Positions 39,985-53,397 of a DNA stretch of 60,000 bases are shown one piece after another; the first letter of the stretch is position 1; every line of letters starts with the position of its first letter. The stretch lies in the NCBI RefSeq assembly GCF_963921235.1, contig NC_086108.1:82028001-82088000 (forward strand), in the 5' to 3' direction. Source of the DNA: Mobula hypostoma (Eukaryota). The position numbers were made by a program, and so were the translations under genes. The notes beneath the pieces were generated by a model. It made no database searches. It was given only the letters and a program-made list of their open reading frames with translations, and had not been told where the DNA came from.

Positions 39985-40950
39985 TGTCCTTGAAAGCTCA
40001 GGCTGACCACTCCACACTGCACATACGTGGCTCCTCCAGGGAGAGAGTTAGGAGCACAAAGTTTCTCGGAGTGTACATAACAGACAATCTCACCCGGTCC
40101 CTCAGTATCACCTCTTTGGTCAAGAAAACACAGCAGCGTCTCCGGTTCCTGAGGAGATTGAGACAAATAAGCTTCCTCTACCCCCCCCCCCCACCCTCAT
40201 TTTAATCAATTTTTAAGGGAATATCCTCAGCAGCTGCATCACAGTCCGGTTCGGGAATTGCAAGGCATCTGGCCACAGGTCCCTCCAAAGGATTGTGAGG
40301 ACTGCTGAGACGATCATCGGGGTCTCTCTTCCACCCATCAGAGATATTTATTGGGTGTGCTTACACAGGGTCCTTAGTATTGTCAATGATCCATCCCATC
40401 CATCCAACAATCTCTTTGACCCCCTACCTTCAGGCAGAAGGTATCGTAGCATTAGGACAAGAACTGTTAGGATGGAAAACAGCTTCTTCCTCCAGGCTAT
40501 AAGACTTTGAACTCCCTGCCACCATGTATGAATCTCGTCATATGTTCTCGTAATATGAAGTCCCAGTAGTGTTAAACTGTATTTTTAACTTGTATATGCA
40601 CTTTATTATTTGTTATTTATTTGTAATAATATTATTTTATGTGTTATGTGTATGAATTAAATGCGTAGTCCACATTGGTCTGGAGGAACATTGCTTCAAC
40701 ATGTGTACAGTTGAATGACAATAAACTGGACTTGAACTTGAACCATGAACCTGCCTAAAACTCTTTTAAAAATTGGAATTATATTGGCCTCAACCACTTC
40801 CTCTGCACTCAGCGCCAGTAAGACCAAAGAGCTGATTGTGGACTTCTTCAGAAAGGGTAGGACGAGGGATCACAAGCCAATCCTCATAGAGGGGTCAGAA
40901 GTAGAGAGAGCAGTTTCAAGGTCCTGGGTATCAAGATCTCTGAGGATCTA
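39985..40950 (+). mobile_element. Rex1/Babar LINE fragments
   Basis: ERVRSTKFLGVYITDNL, KKTQQRLRFLRRL, DPSHP...LPSGRRYRS...NSFF; acttgaacttgaac tail at about 40730. Confidence 0.8.
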
Positions 40951-40953
40951 CCC

Positions 40954-41790
40954 CAGTGTTTCCCAACCTTTTTTAGCCCAACACCCTCCGAAAGCACCTT
41001 CATACTTACCAAAGCCCTTCTTAGGCACATTACACTTTCTGGCGCTCCCATAGTGTAAAAACATGTCTTATCATATTTTAACATGAGAAAAATGATTCTG
41101 CTTTAAATTTTTATTTCTCTTTAAACCTAGCTTACACAGTACCTGTGCACTGTACAGCAGCTTCGATATCACTGTGCTCCTTGAGCTTGATAGATTTGAG
41201 CAAGAGTTGAAATATCTGGTTCAAGTTGTGACAGCAAAAGCCTTAAGTCCCTATGCATAACAATGTCCATGGGGTTTCTGTTGTTTGTGAGTATGTGGTT
41301 CACTACACTGAAGCCTCTTTCAACAAGGTAGGAGGATGGAAATAAAATGCAATGAAGAGCCAAACTGGCTCTTCTACAAAGACCAGGAAACTTCATGTGA
41401 CAGTGTAGCCACATACCACAAAGGTGACATTTTTGAAAAGCAATTTTGCTTCTTCTTCATTCTGAATTTTGATAATTTCTTCTTGCAAGCTTTCTTCCTG
41501 TTTTTCCACCTTGCAAAGAATTGGATTAATTATCCAGTCTGGAATTTCCAGATTGTTCAGTTCCTTCGATTGATTCTGAAAATCCTTCTTTAGTGACTGC
41601 AGGTGTAAGCAGTACTCTTGCAAATCACTGCCTGTGAAAGAGAGTGCCATATTTTCCAGCAGGGAAGCTGAGAACATTTTTCTCCCAATGATTTACTTAT
41701 ATGTTTCCAATTTTCTGATAAAAGTGGATGCTGCACTTTTTGCCTGGATTAAATTGAAATTCTCACATTGCAGTTTCATATTTAGAATTA
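40954..41790 (-). mobile_element. hAT (Buster/Charlie-type) transposase 3' remnant
   Basis: TIR-like CAGTGTTTCCCAACC; FPSSYLVERGFSVV...DLRLLLSQLEPDI dimerisation region; IPDWIINP. Confidence 0.8.
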
Positions 41791-41792
41791 CT

Positions 41793-42860
41793 AACAGGAG
41801 AAAATCTGCAGGTGCTGGAAATCCAAGCAAAACACATAAAATACTGGAGAAATTCGTTGGCCCAGGCAGCATTCTATGGAAAAGAGTACAGCTGACATTT
41901 TGGGGCAAGACCCTTCATCAGGACTGGAGAAAAAAAGATGAGGAGTCAGAGAAAGAAGGTGGAGGGAGGGGAGGAAAATACGCCAGGTGATAGGTGAAAC
42001 TGGGAAGGGGAGGGGTGAAGTAAAGAGCTGGAAAGTTGATTGGCGAATGGGATACAGGGCTGGAGAAGGTGGAATCTGATAGGAGAGAACAGAAGGCCGT
42101 GGAAGAAAGAAAAGGGGGAGGAGCACCAGGGGGAGGTGATGGGCAGGTAAGGAGATAAATTGAGAGAGGGAAAAGGAGATGGGGAGTGGTGAAGGAGAGC
42201 ACGGTAGGTGGGGGGGGGTGGTGGTGTACATTACTGGATGTTTGAGAAATCGATTTTCATGCCATCAGTTTGAAGGCTACCCAAACGAATACAAGGTGTT
42301 GTTCCTCCAACCTGGGTGTGGCCTCATCACGACTGTAGAAGAGGCCATGGACTGACTTGTCGGAATGTGAATGGGAAGTAGAATTAAAATGGGTGGCCAC
42401 TGGGAGACCTTGCTTTTTCTGGTGGACAGGGTGTAGGAACTCAGCAAAGCGGTCTCCCAATCTACATCGACTCTCACTGATATACAGGAGGCCACACCAG
42501 GATCATCGGATATGGTAGATGACCCAAAAAACTCACAGGTGAGGTGTTGCCTCACCTGGAAGGACTGTTTGGGGCCCTGAATGGTAGTGAGGGAGGTGGT
42601 GTAGGGGCAGGTGTAGCACATGGTCTATTTGCATGGGTAAGTGCTGCGAGGGAGATGGAGATCAGTGGGGAGGGACGAATGGACCAGGGAGTCGAATAGG
42701 GAGCAATTCTTGCAGAAAGCAGCAAGTAGGGGGCGGGAGAGATGTGCTTGGTGGTGGGTTCCTGTTGGAGATAGTGGAAATTATATGCTGGACATGGAGG
42801 CTGGTGGGTGGTAGGTGAGGACAAGAGGAACCCTATCCCTGGTGGAGTGGTGGGAGGAGT
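41793..42860 (-). mobile_element. Penelope-like element (GIY-YIG endonuclease region and 3' end), degenerate
   Basis: RVPLVLTYHP, QGPKQSFQVRQHLTC, GDRFAE, PVATHFNS, RLEEQHL. Confidence 0.85.
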
Positions 42861-42888
42861 TTAACCTGTTTGGAATATTGCATCCTGT

Positions 42889-42990
42889 TTTGGCATCTCC
42901 ATACGGTGAGGGATATTGTGGATTTGGCATCTCCATACGGTGAGGGATATTGTGGATTTGGCGTCTCCATACAGTGAGGGACATTGTGCC
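42889..42990. repeat. 3 x 34-bp tandem repeat within a small CR1 fragment
   Basis: tttggcatctccatacggtgagggatattgtgga at 42889, 42923, 42957. Confidence 0.9.
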
Positions 42991-44499
42991 GCTGGAGAAG
43001 GACCTGAAGGCTGATCAGAATGACAACTTATCTCAATGCAACAAACACAAAGTGGTGGAGGAACTCAACAGGTCAGGCAGCATCTATGGAAATACCACGA
43101 CCCTTCATCAGGACTGAGGAGGAAGGGGGAAGATGCCAGAATAAAAAGGTTGGGGGGGGGGTGAGGGGAGGAGGCTAGCTAGAAGGTGACAGCTAGCTAG
43201 GAAAATAAACCAGCAAACAATAGGAGAATGAGGGGTTTTAAATAGTCATAGTCATACTTCATTGATCCCGACAGAAATTGGTTTTCGTATTAACTTAATA
43301 TGGTATTAACTTAACTTGCAAAACAGTAATCCCTTGTTTTCATGAAACATTTAATGTAGCAACGCATCCTGAGATGCTTCACACTGTTCAAAGGCAAAGT
43401 TATTTCCTTTTTTTCAAAGTGAATATTCTTAAGGAAGTTTTCAAAAGGGAGGTCCATCTACTACTAACTCCCAGTGGGTGAGGCTGGATAAACAATATGC
43501 TCACTTCCTATCCCTTTGCATGTGCGTTTTCATTTTCTTGCATTTCTCTTTCTATATTACAGATGACAAGCAATATCTCCCATAGAACTTACTTTCTCAT
43601 GGCTCTTTCGTAGGCAGCCTGACATTCCAATGACATGAAACCATATTGAAAAATTAATACCATAAAACCTTCAGGTAAATAAAGTGAAGAATATTTGAAG
43701 TGCGTTTTATTTGCATAATGTCACACTCTCCCAATTAACCGTTTGATTTTAACATGCAGGTGTTTTCAGCTTGTTTAATATAACTCTCTAAAAGTATAAA
43801 CTAGCCTGGGTGACTTCATTTTCTCTTCATTCAGTTCCGATCAAAATAGAACATGTTATACTAAATGCAACAGAACAACAGCTATACTTAAGTAATAGAA
43901 AGAAAATTTTAAAAAATAAATTGGGATTTTCCATTCCAACAACATGTGACTTTTGGCGAATTGGGACTGAGATAGAATTGATACCAAAAAACTTGCAAGT
44001 GTAGGAAATCTGAAATAAAACAAACTGTAGAGATACTCAGAAGGTCTGGCAGCATCTGTGGGTAGAGAAACCAAGTTAATGTTTGGGTTTGATGATCTTT
44101 GTTCAAAATAACTATATGACTTTGGAGCTAGAGTAGGCCACTCAGTCCTCAAGGCTACTCTGTAAATCACGGCTGAACTGATTGTAACCACACTTTGCAT
44201 TCCCATCTCCCCATGGCATATTTGCATTCCCTTTCTTACCCAGAATCTGTGTCTTCTTTCAAAATACTAAAATACTCTCCTTCCTACATCCTTTGTGAAA
44301 CCTTATATTAGTTTTCCTAATTACTTGCTGAACCTGCATGTCCTTTTCAAAATCTTGCACCTCTGAGTTTTGCAATAACATATGATTTTGGCAATATGTT
44401 TTCTTTTCATTTTGTTGTGTCAAAATGGAAAATTTTATATTTCCCAAAAAATATTGATATAATTTCAGAACTTTGTGCGTTCTCTGAGCCAATGTAGCT

Positions 44500-45090
44500 A
44501 TGTAGCTTTATAAGACACTTGTCAGGCTGCACTTGGAGTATTGTCAACAGTTTTGGGCCCCATATCTCAGAAAGGATGTGTTGTCATTGGAGAGAGTCCA
44601 GAGGAGGTTCATGAGGATAATTCCAGGAACGAAGGGGTTAACATATGAGGAGTGTTTGGCAGCTTTGGGCCTGTACTTACTGAAATTTAGAAGAATGTGT
44701 GGGGATTTCATTGAAAGTTACCAAATGTTGAAAGGACTAGGTAGAGTAGATGTGGAGAGGACTTTTCCTCTGGTGGAGGTATCCAGAACTAGAGGGCACA
44801 GCCTCCAAATTGAAAGGTGACCTTTTAGAAGAGAGATAAGGAGGAATTTTTTTAGCCAGACAGTAGGGAATTTGTGGAATGCGCTGCCACAGACTGTAGT
44901 GGAGGCCAAGTCCATGGGTATATTTAAGGCAGAAGTTGATCATTTCCTGATTAGTCAGGGCCTCAAAGGAAATGGTGAGAAGGCAGGTGTTTGGGGGTTG
45001 AATGGATCTAGGATCTGCCATGATGGAATGGCAGAGCAGACTCGATGGGCTGAGTGGCCTAATTCTACTCCTATGTCTTATGGTCTTACA
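44500..45090 (+). mobile_element. CR1 3' fragment
   Basis: EYCQQFWAPYLRKD, SRTRGHSL; cttatggtctta tail. Confidence 0.85.
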
Positions 45091-46162
45091 TCCCTCGTAA
45101 TCTCCTTCAACCCTCTCCATGATTTATTTACTATTGTAGTTTTGTTGTTATTCATTATTTCAGAGTCCAGTAGATGCAGACAAGACCGGAATTTTATCGT
45201 CCATCCCTAACTGCCCTTGAGAACGGTGTGGCGAGCTGCCTTCTTGAACAAAGATAGTCTTTCTGTTTAAGGTACTCCCTCGGTGTTGTTGTAAAGGGCA
45301 TTCCATGGATAATGAATAATATTTTCAACTCAGGCTACCATGCTGCTTCAAGGGGAATCCAGTATTCCTATGCTCAACCCTTCCTTGACCTTGGTGGTAC
45401 TAGACACGGTTTGGGAGGAGCTGTTGGAGTTGCCTAGTCAATTACATAGAACAGTACAGAAGTACGAGCCCTTCGGCCTATAATGTGCTGACTTTTTAAC
45501 CTACTCAAAGATCAATCCAACCCGTCCCTCCTACTCGGACCTCCATTTTCCAATCATCCATCTGCCTATCTAAAAGTTTCTTAAATAACCCTGAAGGTCA
45601 CTTAACCCCTGGCAGCGCATTCCACATTCTCTGTAAAATCCACCGTTCTCTGTAAAATAAAATCTTGCCTCTGACATCCTCTACATAATTGCCAGACATT
45701 TTGAGAATGGTAGGCACTGCAGCTACGGTGTGTACAGTGTTGGAAGGAATACATATATTCTCCCTACCCCCACACAATCTATCTTTATGTCATCAGCAAC
45801 CTAACAGTCATTTATATAGAATGCTGAGGCCCCAGCACCGATCCCTGTGACACAGTACTCATTGTATCTTAAAGTACTCAAATAAATGGGTTAAATGTGA
45901 TTTCCCTTCATAAAGCCATAATAAGTCTGATTGCCTTGAATTTTTTCCCCATGCTCTGCTGTAACATATGTTATAACAGCTCCTAACATTTTCCCAGCGG
46001 TTGATGTTAAAGCTAACAGATTTTTAGCAACTGCTGTGTTCTGTACCTCACAGTTCCAATAGGATTATTTATTCACTCTTCTGTTTACTCTCCTTTTACA
46101 CCTTATTTATGATTCTAATTCTAAATAAACCTGATTCTGATTAGTTGCCATTAATTGTCCTT

Positions 46163-46181
46163 CAGCGCCCTCTAGTGGGCA
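46163..46181 (-). promoter_or_regulatory. CTCF-binding motif
   Basis: GCGCCCTCTAGTGG (46165-46178) is the reverse complement of CCACTAGAGGGCGC, the CTCF core consensus. Confidence 0.6.
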
Positions 46182-47139
46182 ACTGTAATCTGTGTCATCT
46201 GCCTTTCCTTGGTATCCACCCAATGAGAGAGGTTCCCTTTGTTCTCTTCAAACCCCCGAAACCAGCCCACCACCAATGCCACCTATTTTTAACTTTTGAA
46301 GCAGGGTAATTGAGTTCAAATGTTAAGTGTGTTTTTCTCTCCAACGATGCTGCCAGACCTGCAGAGCATTTCCAATATTTTCCAGTTTTTAAAAATAATA
46401 CATTAGTTACTGATTCCAATCATAAAATTGAAACAGGAAGCATAAAAAAAAATTCCCCTGTGGCCTTGTATTGGTGGCAATAAAAAAGGAGGAATTTTCT
46501 ATGACCTCCCAGGGGAGGAGAGAGAAATATGGCTGTTCATTGTTTAATGTTTATCTATGAATTGCAAAGTGATCAAATAATAATTTCAAGACCAAAGGAC
46601 ACAATTTCTGTAGTTATGAAGGAAGAAATGGAAAAAAGGGTATTGGTAATGATAACCTCAAGAACTACCACATTATCATAAAAGCCCATTTCAATGACCA
46701 TCAAGTGAGGAAATTTGCTACCCTTGTCCGGTCTGACCTTCACAAGACTCCTGACCCAGCAACGTGGATTATCCGTAAATTAAAAAATCAACAATGCAAA
46801 GGGACTTGGGTGTCCTTGTGCAGAATTCCCTTGCTGTTAACTTACAGGTTGAGTCAGTGATAAAGATGACAAATGCAATGCTAACATTTTGAGAGAACTA
46901 GAATTTTTCTGGCAGTTGAGTTGAATTGGGAGCGAGAGGAGACAACTCACAGGTTGGTGAGTGAGATTTAACAAGGAGCATTCTCAGGATTTCAGCATTG
47001 TTCTGGTGGCCCAGTCACACTGGGAATGAGAGAGAAGCTACTCACAGTTCAGTGAGAGAGATTTACAAAGGGGCATTCATGGGCTTCCGGCATTTCCAAG
47101 TGGACCAATCAGATTGTGATTCATCGGCTAGGGAAAATA

Positions 47140-50100
47140 AAAATAAGGCAGGGACAAGTGGAACGGCGGTTGTGTGAGTGGACCAGTGTTGGAGTGGGGA
47201 GGCTTTGGCTCATCAGGCTTCAGTAAGAACGGGCTGGGGGAGGTAAATATCTGGTAAGTTCCTCCTTCTTCCTTCTTCCCCTGTTAGTGTATAGTTAGTG
47301 CAAAGAGGATGGTTCTAGGGGCCATGTTGTGTTCGTCGTGTGAATTCTGTGAGAACTCCAGTCTCCTAGATAACCACATCAGCTGCAGCTCCTCAAAGAA
47401 CATGCTGAGGAACTGGAGCTGCAGTTCGATGACCTTTGGCTCTGAAAGGAAACGGAGGAGGTGAGGAGAAGCTACAGGGAGGTGGTTACCCAGAAGTTGG
47501 AGGAGACAGGTACCTGGTGACTGTCAGGAAATGGGCAGCCAGTGCAGGGTACCCCTGTGGCCGATCCCCTCAGTAATAAGTATACCGTTATGGATACTTT
47601 TGGGTAGGGAGGAGCAACCACTGGGGAAGCCATAGCAACCGGATCTCTGGTGCTGAGGCTCAGAAGGGAAGGGGCGGGGGGGAGAAGAGGACTGCAGCAG
47701 TGATAGAGGATGTAATAGTTAGAGGAGTAGACGGGAGATTCTGCGGACATGACAGAGACACCTGGTTGGTATGTTGCCTTCCAGGTGCCAGGGTCAGGGG
47801 TGTCCTGAATCAGGTCCACAGCATTCTAAAGAGGCAGGGTGAGCAGCCGGAAGTCTTGGTACATATTGGCACCAATGACATAGGTATGAAAAGGGAGGAG
47901 GTCCTGAAGAGAGAATATAGGGAGTTAGGCAGAAAGCTGAAAAGCAGGACCTCCAGGGTGAGAATCTCTGGATTGCTTCCTGTGCCACCCGCCAGTGAGG
48001 GTAAATATAGGGTGATTTGGCAGATGAATACATGGCTGAGGTACTGGTGTAGAGTTTCAGATTTCTGGATCTTTGGGTAAAATATGACCTGTACACCTGA
48101 ACCCCAGGGGGACAAATATCCTTGTGGGCTGGCTACTGGAACTAGTGTTTAAACTAGTTTGGAGGGGGATGGAAAACTGAGCGGTAGGGCTGACGATGAG
48201 GCAGTTGGTGTACAAGCAGGGGCAGTTGGTCGAGAGACTGTCGGGAAGGACAGGCAGATAGGGCAAAACTTGCAGTTGCTGGAATGATTTGCAGTGTAAC
48301 GGGAACAAAATCAAAAAGGGTGACAACTGCAGGACAGAAGGCTTTATATTAGAATGTAAGCTGTATACAAAATAAGGTAAATGATCTTGTAACGCAGTTA
48401 GAGGTTGGCAGGTATGACATTGTGGTGTCACTGAGTTGTGGCTGAAAGAAGATGATAGTTGGAAGTTTAACATCCAAGGATACGCATGTATTGAAAGGAC
48501 AGGCAGGTCTGGAAAGGGGGTGGTGTTGGCTCTATTGGTAAAAAAATTAAATCAAATCCTTGGAAAGAGGTGACATAGACGTGGAATTGTTATTGGTAGA
48601 GTTAAGGAACTGCAAGGGTAAAAAGACCCTGATGAGAGTTATATACAGGCCTCCAAACAGTGGCCAGGATGTGGGCTACAAATTACAACTGGAGATAAAA
48701 AATGCATGGCAAAAGAACAATGTTATATTAGTCATGGGGGTGGGGGGAGGTTTCAATATGCAAGTAGATTGGGAAAATCAGGTTGGTGCTGATTTTGCAT
48801 TCCAAGAGAGAGAATTTGTAAAATGGCTACAAGGTGGCTTTTTAGAGCAGTTTGTGGTTGAGCCCACTATGGGAATGAGCAATTCTGTATTAGGTTTTGT
48901 GCAATGAACCAGAGATGATTAGGGAGCTTAAGGTAAAGAAACGTTAGGAGCCAGTGGTCATAATATGATAGAATTCACCCTGCAATTTGAGTGGAAGAAT
49001 CTAAAGTCAGGTGTATCAGTATTACAGTGGAGTAAAGGGAATTACAGAGGCATGAGAGAGGAATTGATGAAGTTGATTAGAAGGGAACACTAGCAGTGAT
49101 GACAGCAGAGAAGCAGTGACTAGAGTTGCTGATAGCAATTTCAAAGGCACAGGATAGAAATATCCCAAAGAAGAAGAAGAGGAAATATTCTAAAGGAAGG
49201 ATGACACGACTGTGGCTTACAAGGGAAGTCAAAGCCAACATAAAATCAAAAAGAGAGGGTATATAATAGAGCAAAAATTAGTGGAAGTTAGAGGATTGGG
49301 AAGCTTTTACAAACCAACAGAAGGCAACTAAAAAAACTATAAGGAACGAAAAGACGAAATATGAAGGCAAGCTAGCCAATAATATTAAAGAAGATAGCAA
49401 AAGTTTTTTTAGATATATAAAGAATAAAAGAGAGGTGAGAGTAGATATTGAACTGCTGAAAAATGACACTGGAGAGATAGTAATGGGGGACAAGTAAATC
49501 GTTGATGAACTGAATAAGTATTTTGCATCAGTCTTCACTGTGGAAGACACTTACAGTTTGCCAAACATTCAAATGTGTCACTGGGCAGAAATGAGTACAG
49601 TTGCAATTTCTAGGGAGAGCTGCTTGGGAAGCTGCAAGGTATGAAGGTAGATACGTCCCCTGGACCAGATGGTCCACACACGAGTGTTCTGAAAGAAGTA
49701 GTTGAAGAGGCTTTAGTAATAGTCTTTCAAGAATCACTAGATTTTGGCATTACTCCAGAATGAAAAATTGTAAATGTCCCTCCACTCTTCAAGAAGGGAG
49801 AGAGGCAGAAGAAAGCAAATTATAGGCCAGTTGGAGTCAATTAGTAAGGATGAGGTTTCAAGGTACTTGGAGGCACATGATAAAAGGGGCCAAATTCAGT
49901 ATGGTTTCAAAGGGAAAATCTTGCCTGACAAATCTGTCAGAATTCTTCCAGGAAATAACAAGCAGGGCAAACAAAAGAGAATTGGTGGATGTTGTGTATT
50001 TGGATTTTCAAAAGCTCTTTGACAAGGTGACACACATGAGGCTACTTAGCAAGATAGGAGCCCAGGGTATTACAGGAAATACACTAGCATGGATAGAGCA

Positions 50101-51650
50101 TCGTCTACTTGGCAGGAGGCAAAGAGTGGGAATAAAGAGAGCCTTCTCTGATTGTCTGCCAGTGACTAGCGGTGTTCTGCAGGGGTCAGTTTTGGGACTG
50201 CTTCTTTCGAAGTTGCATGTCAATGCTTTGGATGACAGAATTGATGGCTTTGTGGCTAAGTTTGCAAATGATACAAAGGAAGGTAGAGAGGCAGATAGTG
50301 TTGAGGAAACAGGGAGGACACAGAAAGGCTTAGACAGATTAGGAGAATGGACAAAGATGGAATACTATGCCTAGAAGTATATGGTCATGCTCTTTGGTAA
50401 AGGAATAAAAGCATAGACAATTTTCTAAACAGGGAGAAAATTAAAAGATCTGAAGTGCAAAGGGACTTGGGAGTCCTCATGGTTAACTAACTGGTTCCCT
50501 AAAGGTTAACTTGCAGGTAGGGTCAGTGGTTAGGAAGGCAACTGCACTCTTAGTATTCATATCGGGAGGAAAAGAATATAAAAACAAGGATGTAATGCTG
50601 AGGCTTTATAAGGCACTGGTGAGGCCTCACCTGGAGTAATCTGAGCAGTTTTGGGCCCCTTATCTAAGAAAGGATGTGCTGACATGTGGAGAGGGTTCAA
50701 AGGAGGTTCACGAAAATGATTCCGGAAATGAAATGACGGGGGGATCTCACTGAAACCTTTTGAATGTTGAAAGGCCAAGATAAAAGTGGATATGGAGAAG
50801 ATGTTTCCTACTGTGGGGGAGTCTAGACAAGAAGGCACAACCTCAGAATAAAGGGACACCCATTTAGAACAGAGGTGAGGAGGTATTTCTTTAGCCAGGG
50901 ATTTTGTTGCCACACGCAGCTGTGAAGGAGAGGTCACTGAGTGTTTTAAGGCAGGGTTTGATAGAGTTTTGATAAGCCAGGGCATGGAAGGTTAAGGGTG
51001 AGTCTAGGCACAAGAAAGGGGTTGAGAGGGAAATGTATTAGCCATGATCAAATGTTGCAGCAGACTTGATGGGCTGAATGGCCTAATGGTGCTCCAGTGT
51101 CTTATGGTCTTAAGAATATACAATAACATCAAAGATGTAGTGCTGAGGCTTTATAAGGCACTGGTTAAACTGCACCTCTGGAGTACTGGCCCCTTTATCT
51201 AAGAAATTATGTGCTGCCTTTGGAAAGGGTTCACGAGAATTATTCCAGGTAAAAGGGTTAATGCAGGAAGAGCGAAGAATGGGGGGAGTCTCACTGAAAC
51301 TCATTGAATATTGAATGACCTAGATAGAGTGAATGTGGAGAGTACGTTTCCTATAGTGGGCGAGTTCTCAGAACATAGGGAGATCCATTTCGAACAGGGA
51401 TGTAGAGGAATTTCTTTAGCCAGAGAGTAATGTATCTGTGGAATTTATTGCCACAGATGCTGTGAAGGCAAAGCCTTTGAGTATATTTAAAGAGGAGGTT
51501 GATAGATTCTTGCTTCGTCAGGGCATCAAAGGTTATGGGGAGAAGGCAGGAGAATGGGGTTGAGAGAGATAATAAATCAGACATGATGGAATGACCGAGC
51601 TGATTTGATGGCCCGAAAGGCCTAATTCTGCTCCTTTGTCTCATGGGCTA
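47140..51650 (+). mobile_element. Near full-length degenerate CR1 (SGNH-esterase ORF1, endonuclease-RT ORF2), followed by a second 3' end (about 51112-51650)
   Basis: CCLPGARV...VHIGTNDIG (ORF1); IYRPPNS, YLDFQKLFDKV, QGSVLG, FANDTK (ORF2); many frameshifts and stops. Confidence 0.88.
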
Positions 51651-51754
51651 AATGCCATCTGAGGTGGCAATTCACTCACTTCAAGGCATATTCAGATACT
51701 GCTCCTATCAGATCTTGAGCTGTAAATAAGTTTTAAAAACTTCAATTTTGCCAG

Positions 51755-51760
51755 TTTATT
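51755..51760 (-). promoter_or_regulatory. Candidate polyadenylation signal of the minus-strand gene
   Basis: AATAAA on - about 500 nt after the stop, at the end of an AT-rich unique stretch. Confidence 0.45.
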
Positions 51761-52264
51761 TTAATTAACAATTGAATTAGACTTTGCTGCAGTTCAGGGA
51801 TGCTAACTAGAGTTATTATCATTGTTTTGCAATTTTTAGCCCTATCAATTAGTAAAGAAAGAACTTCAGGCCAAAATGCCAACCTTCAGTTTCTATAATA
51901 AATTGTAACTAAGTCATTCATGGCATAATAACACCTGGACATTCAATGCTTTCCATTTCTACCCAAGGTTTTACTATTATGATTTTTTTCCTCACTTCCT
52001 TATGCAAACATGATGTGCATCTGTTACAAAAAACTAATATATTCTGTTTAATCACAATCAAATCTGATCAGTCAGTACATTGCACAACATCAACATTTTG
52101 CAAGGCAAATTCTTATTGCGAAATGTAACGTTATAATATGTATCGCCAACAGAGAATTCTGAAGATGTTTTGAAAAAATCCCTGAAATTTCTTACATTTT
52201 CAGGTGGAGGGGATATTTGTTTAAAACTTCAAGAATTAATAAATAACAGAAGTCGATGTGTACT

Positions 52265-52637
52265 TTACATGGGAATTTCAGTGCAGTGTACTTCTTGTTC
52301 AAATTCCTCAAAAATGTGATTCCTTTCATCGCATATCCCATAAAACATTTCATCTTCCATATGGCCCCCTCTTTTCTGACTCTCCTCGGGTGTTGATCGC
52401 TCAGTGCTTGCGACATCTCTCTGGTTACTCCCAGAGACACTGGCAGTTGGCTGGGTACGCAGACTCGGGCTGTCACAGGTGGCACTTGCGCTCCGAGTTG
52501 GGTGGCTCTGTCCTTCGCCTCTGGAACAAGATGACTTGCAGCCGAGAAGGAACAAGTTGTTCGAGGAAGATGAGCTGACCATTCCGTTGTCCTCTTGGAA
52601 GGTGGCAAGTGGAGCTGTTGTGAACCCTCCTGTATTT
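52265..52637 (-). CDS. Terminal coding exon of the unidentified gene (...EEFEQEVHCTEIPM*)
   Basis: ctttcctctgtccatttacAG| acceptor; 123 open codons in the phase set by the previous exon; GC-richer than its flanks; non-repetitive. Confidence 0.8.
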
Positions 52638-53131
52638 CTGTAAATGGACAGAGGAAAGTCAATGAAACTTCACGAATTTTGAATTTGTCAGTTGATACCT
52701 CGCTAGGATATGACTAAATAAATTTGTGTGTGATGGATAGAAATATGCTTTGGGTCTCAAGAGTGTATGCTAATACAAGTCCCACATCTTCTTTAAATAC
52801 CAAACTCACGGACTTACAGGCAATATTAGTCGACCCCCACAAGGAATACTCAAATTCCTTTTGGAAATGACTCCTGCTTCTGAACTGTGAAAACGCATCC
52901 CAGACTTTAAATACAATAGTGAGAATAATTACTGGCTGGAATTGATTATTTCGGAATTTTCAAACTCTAAATTTGAAGCAGCGATCTTAATAAAGGTCTC
53001 TTTCAATATTATTATCAATGTCATATGTAACATTTCCTAAGCATGAAGTGATTAAGCCACCTGTGACCTTTTGTTTTTGAAATTAGTTTCTTCCCCCTGA
53101 ATTTCACACCTTTAACAGTCAATTTGAATCT

Positions 53132-53397
53132 TGGCCGGCTGGTGACGCAATGACATCAGCGCCGGACTCCAGAGCGAAGGTTCCCGAGTTCGAATCCAAG
53201 TCGGGCCACCCCCCCGTGCACACTTTCCATCCGTGCTGGGTTGAGCGTCGAGCTAGCCACTCGGCCTCGTAAAAAAAAATAAAGGGCCAAGTCAGGAACA
53301 TCCATATCGCGACCTGGTTAATCCGAAAGGAGGCCAATCCTGACACCACGCGCCAGACAAGAATGGCTGACTGGTGCAACACGCTAAAAAAAAAAAT
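53132..53397 (+). mobile_element. Young tRNA-derived SINE in the last intron of the minus-strand gene
   Basis: A-box-like tgacgcaatga; B-box GTTCGAATCC; CpG-rich; poly(A); TSD aatttgaat at 53121-53129 and 53398-53406. Confidence 0.85.

Noticed and set aside
40954..41790. Domesticated ZBED/Buster gene
   Set aside because: Frameshifted, truncated by a Penelope element and still TIR-bounded
52265..52637. Resemblance of VSSSSS...ASTER to the ADGRG2 C-terminal tail
   Set aside because: Only short low-complexity matches recalled from memory; upstream exons and the terminus do not fit, so no symbol was assigned
52192..52662. 156-aa minus ORF and plus ORFs over the same segment
   Set aside because: Out of phase with the upstream exon; the 52265 frame fits the splice phase
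53132..53210. tRNA gene
   Set aside because: The B-box is good, but I could not build a convincing cloverleaf; it continues into a SINE body with poly(A) and a TSD
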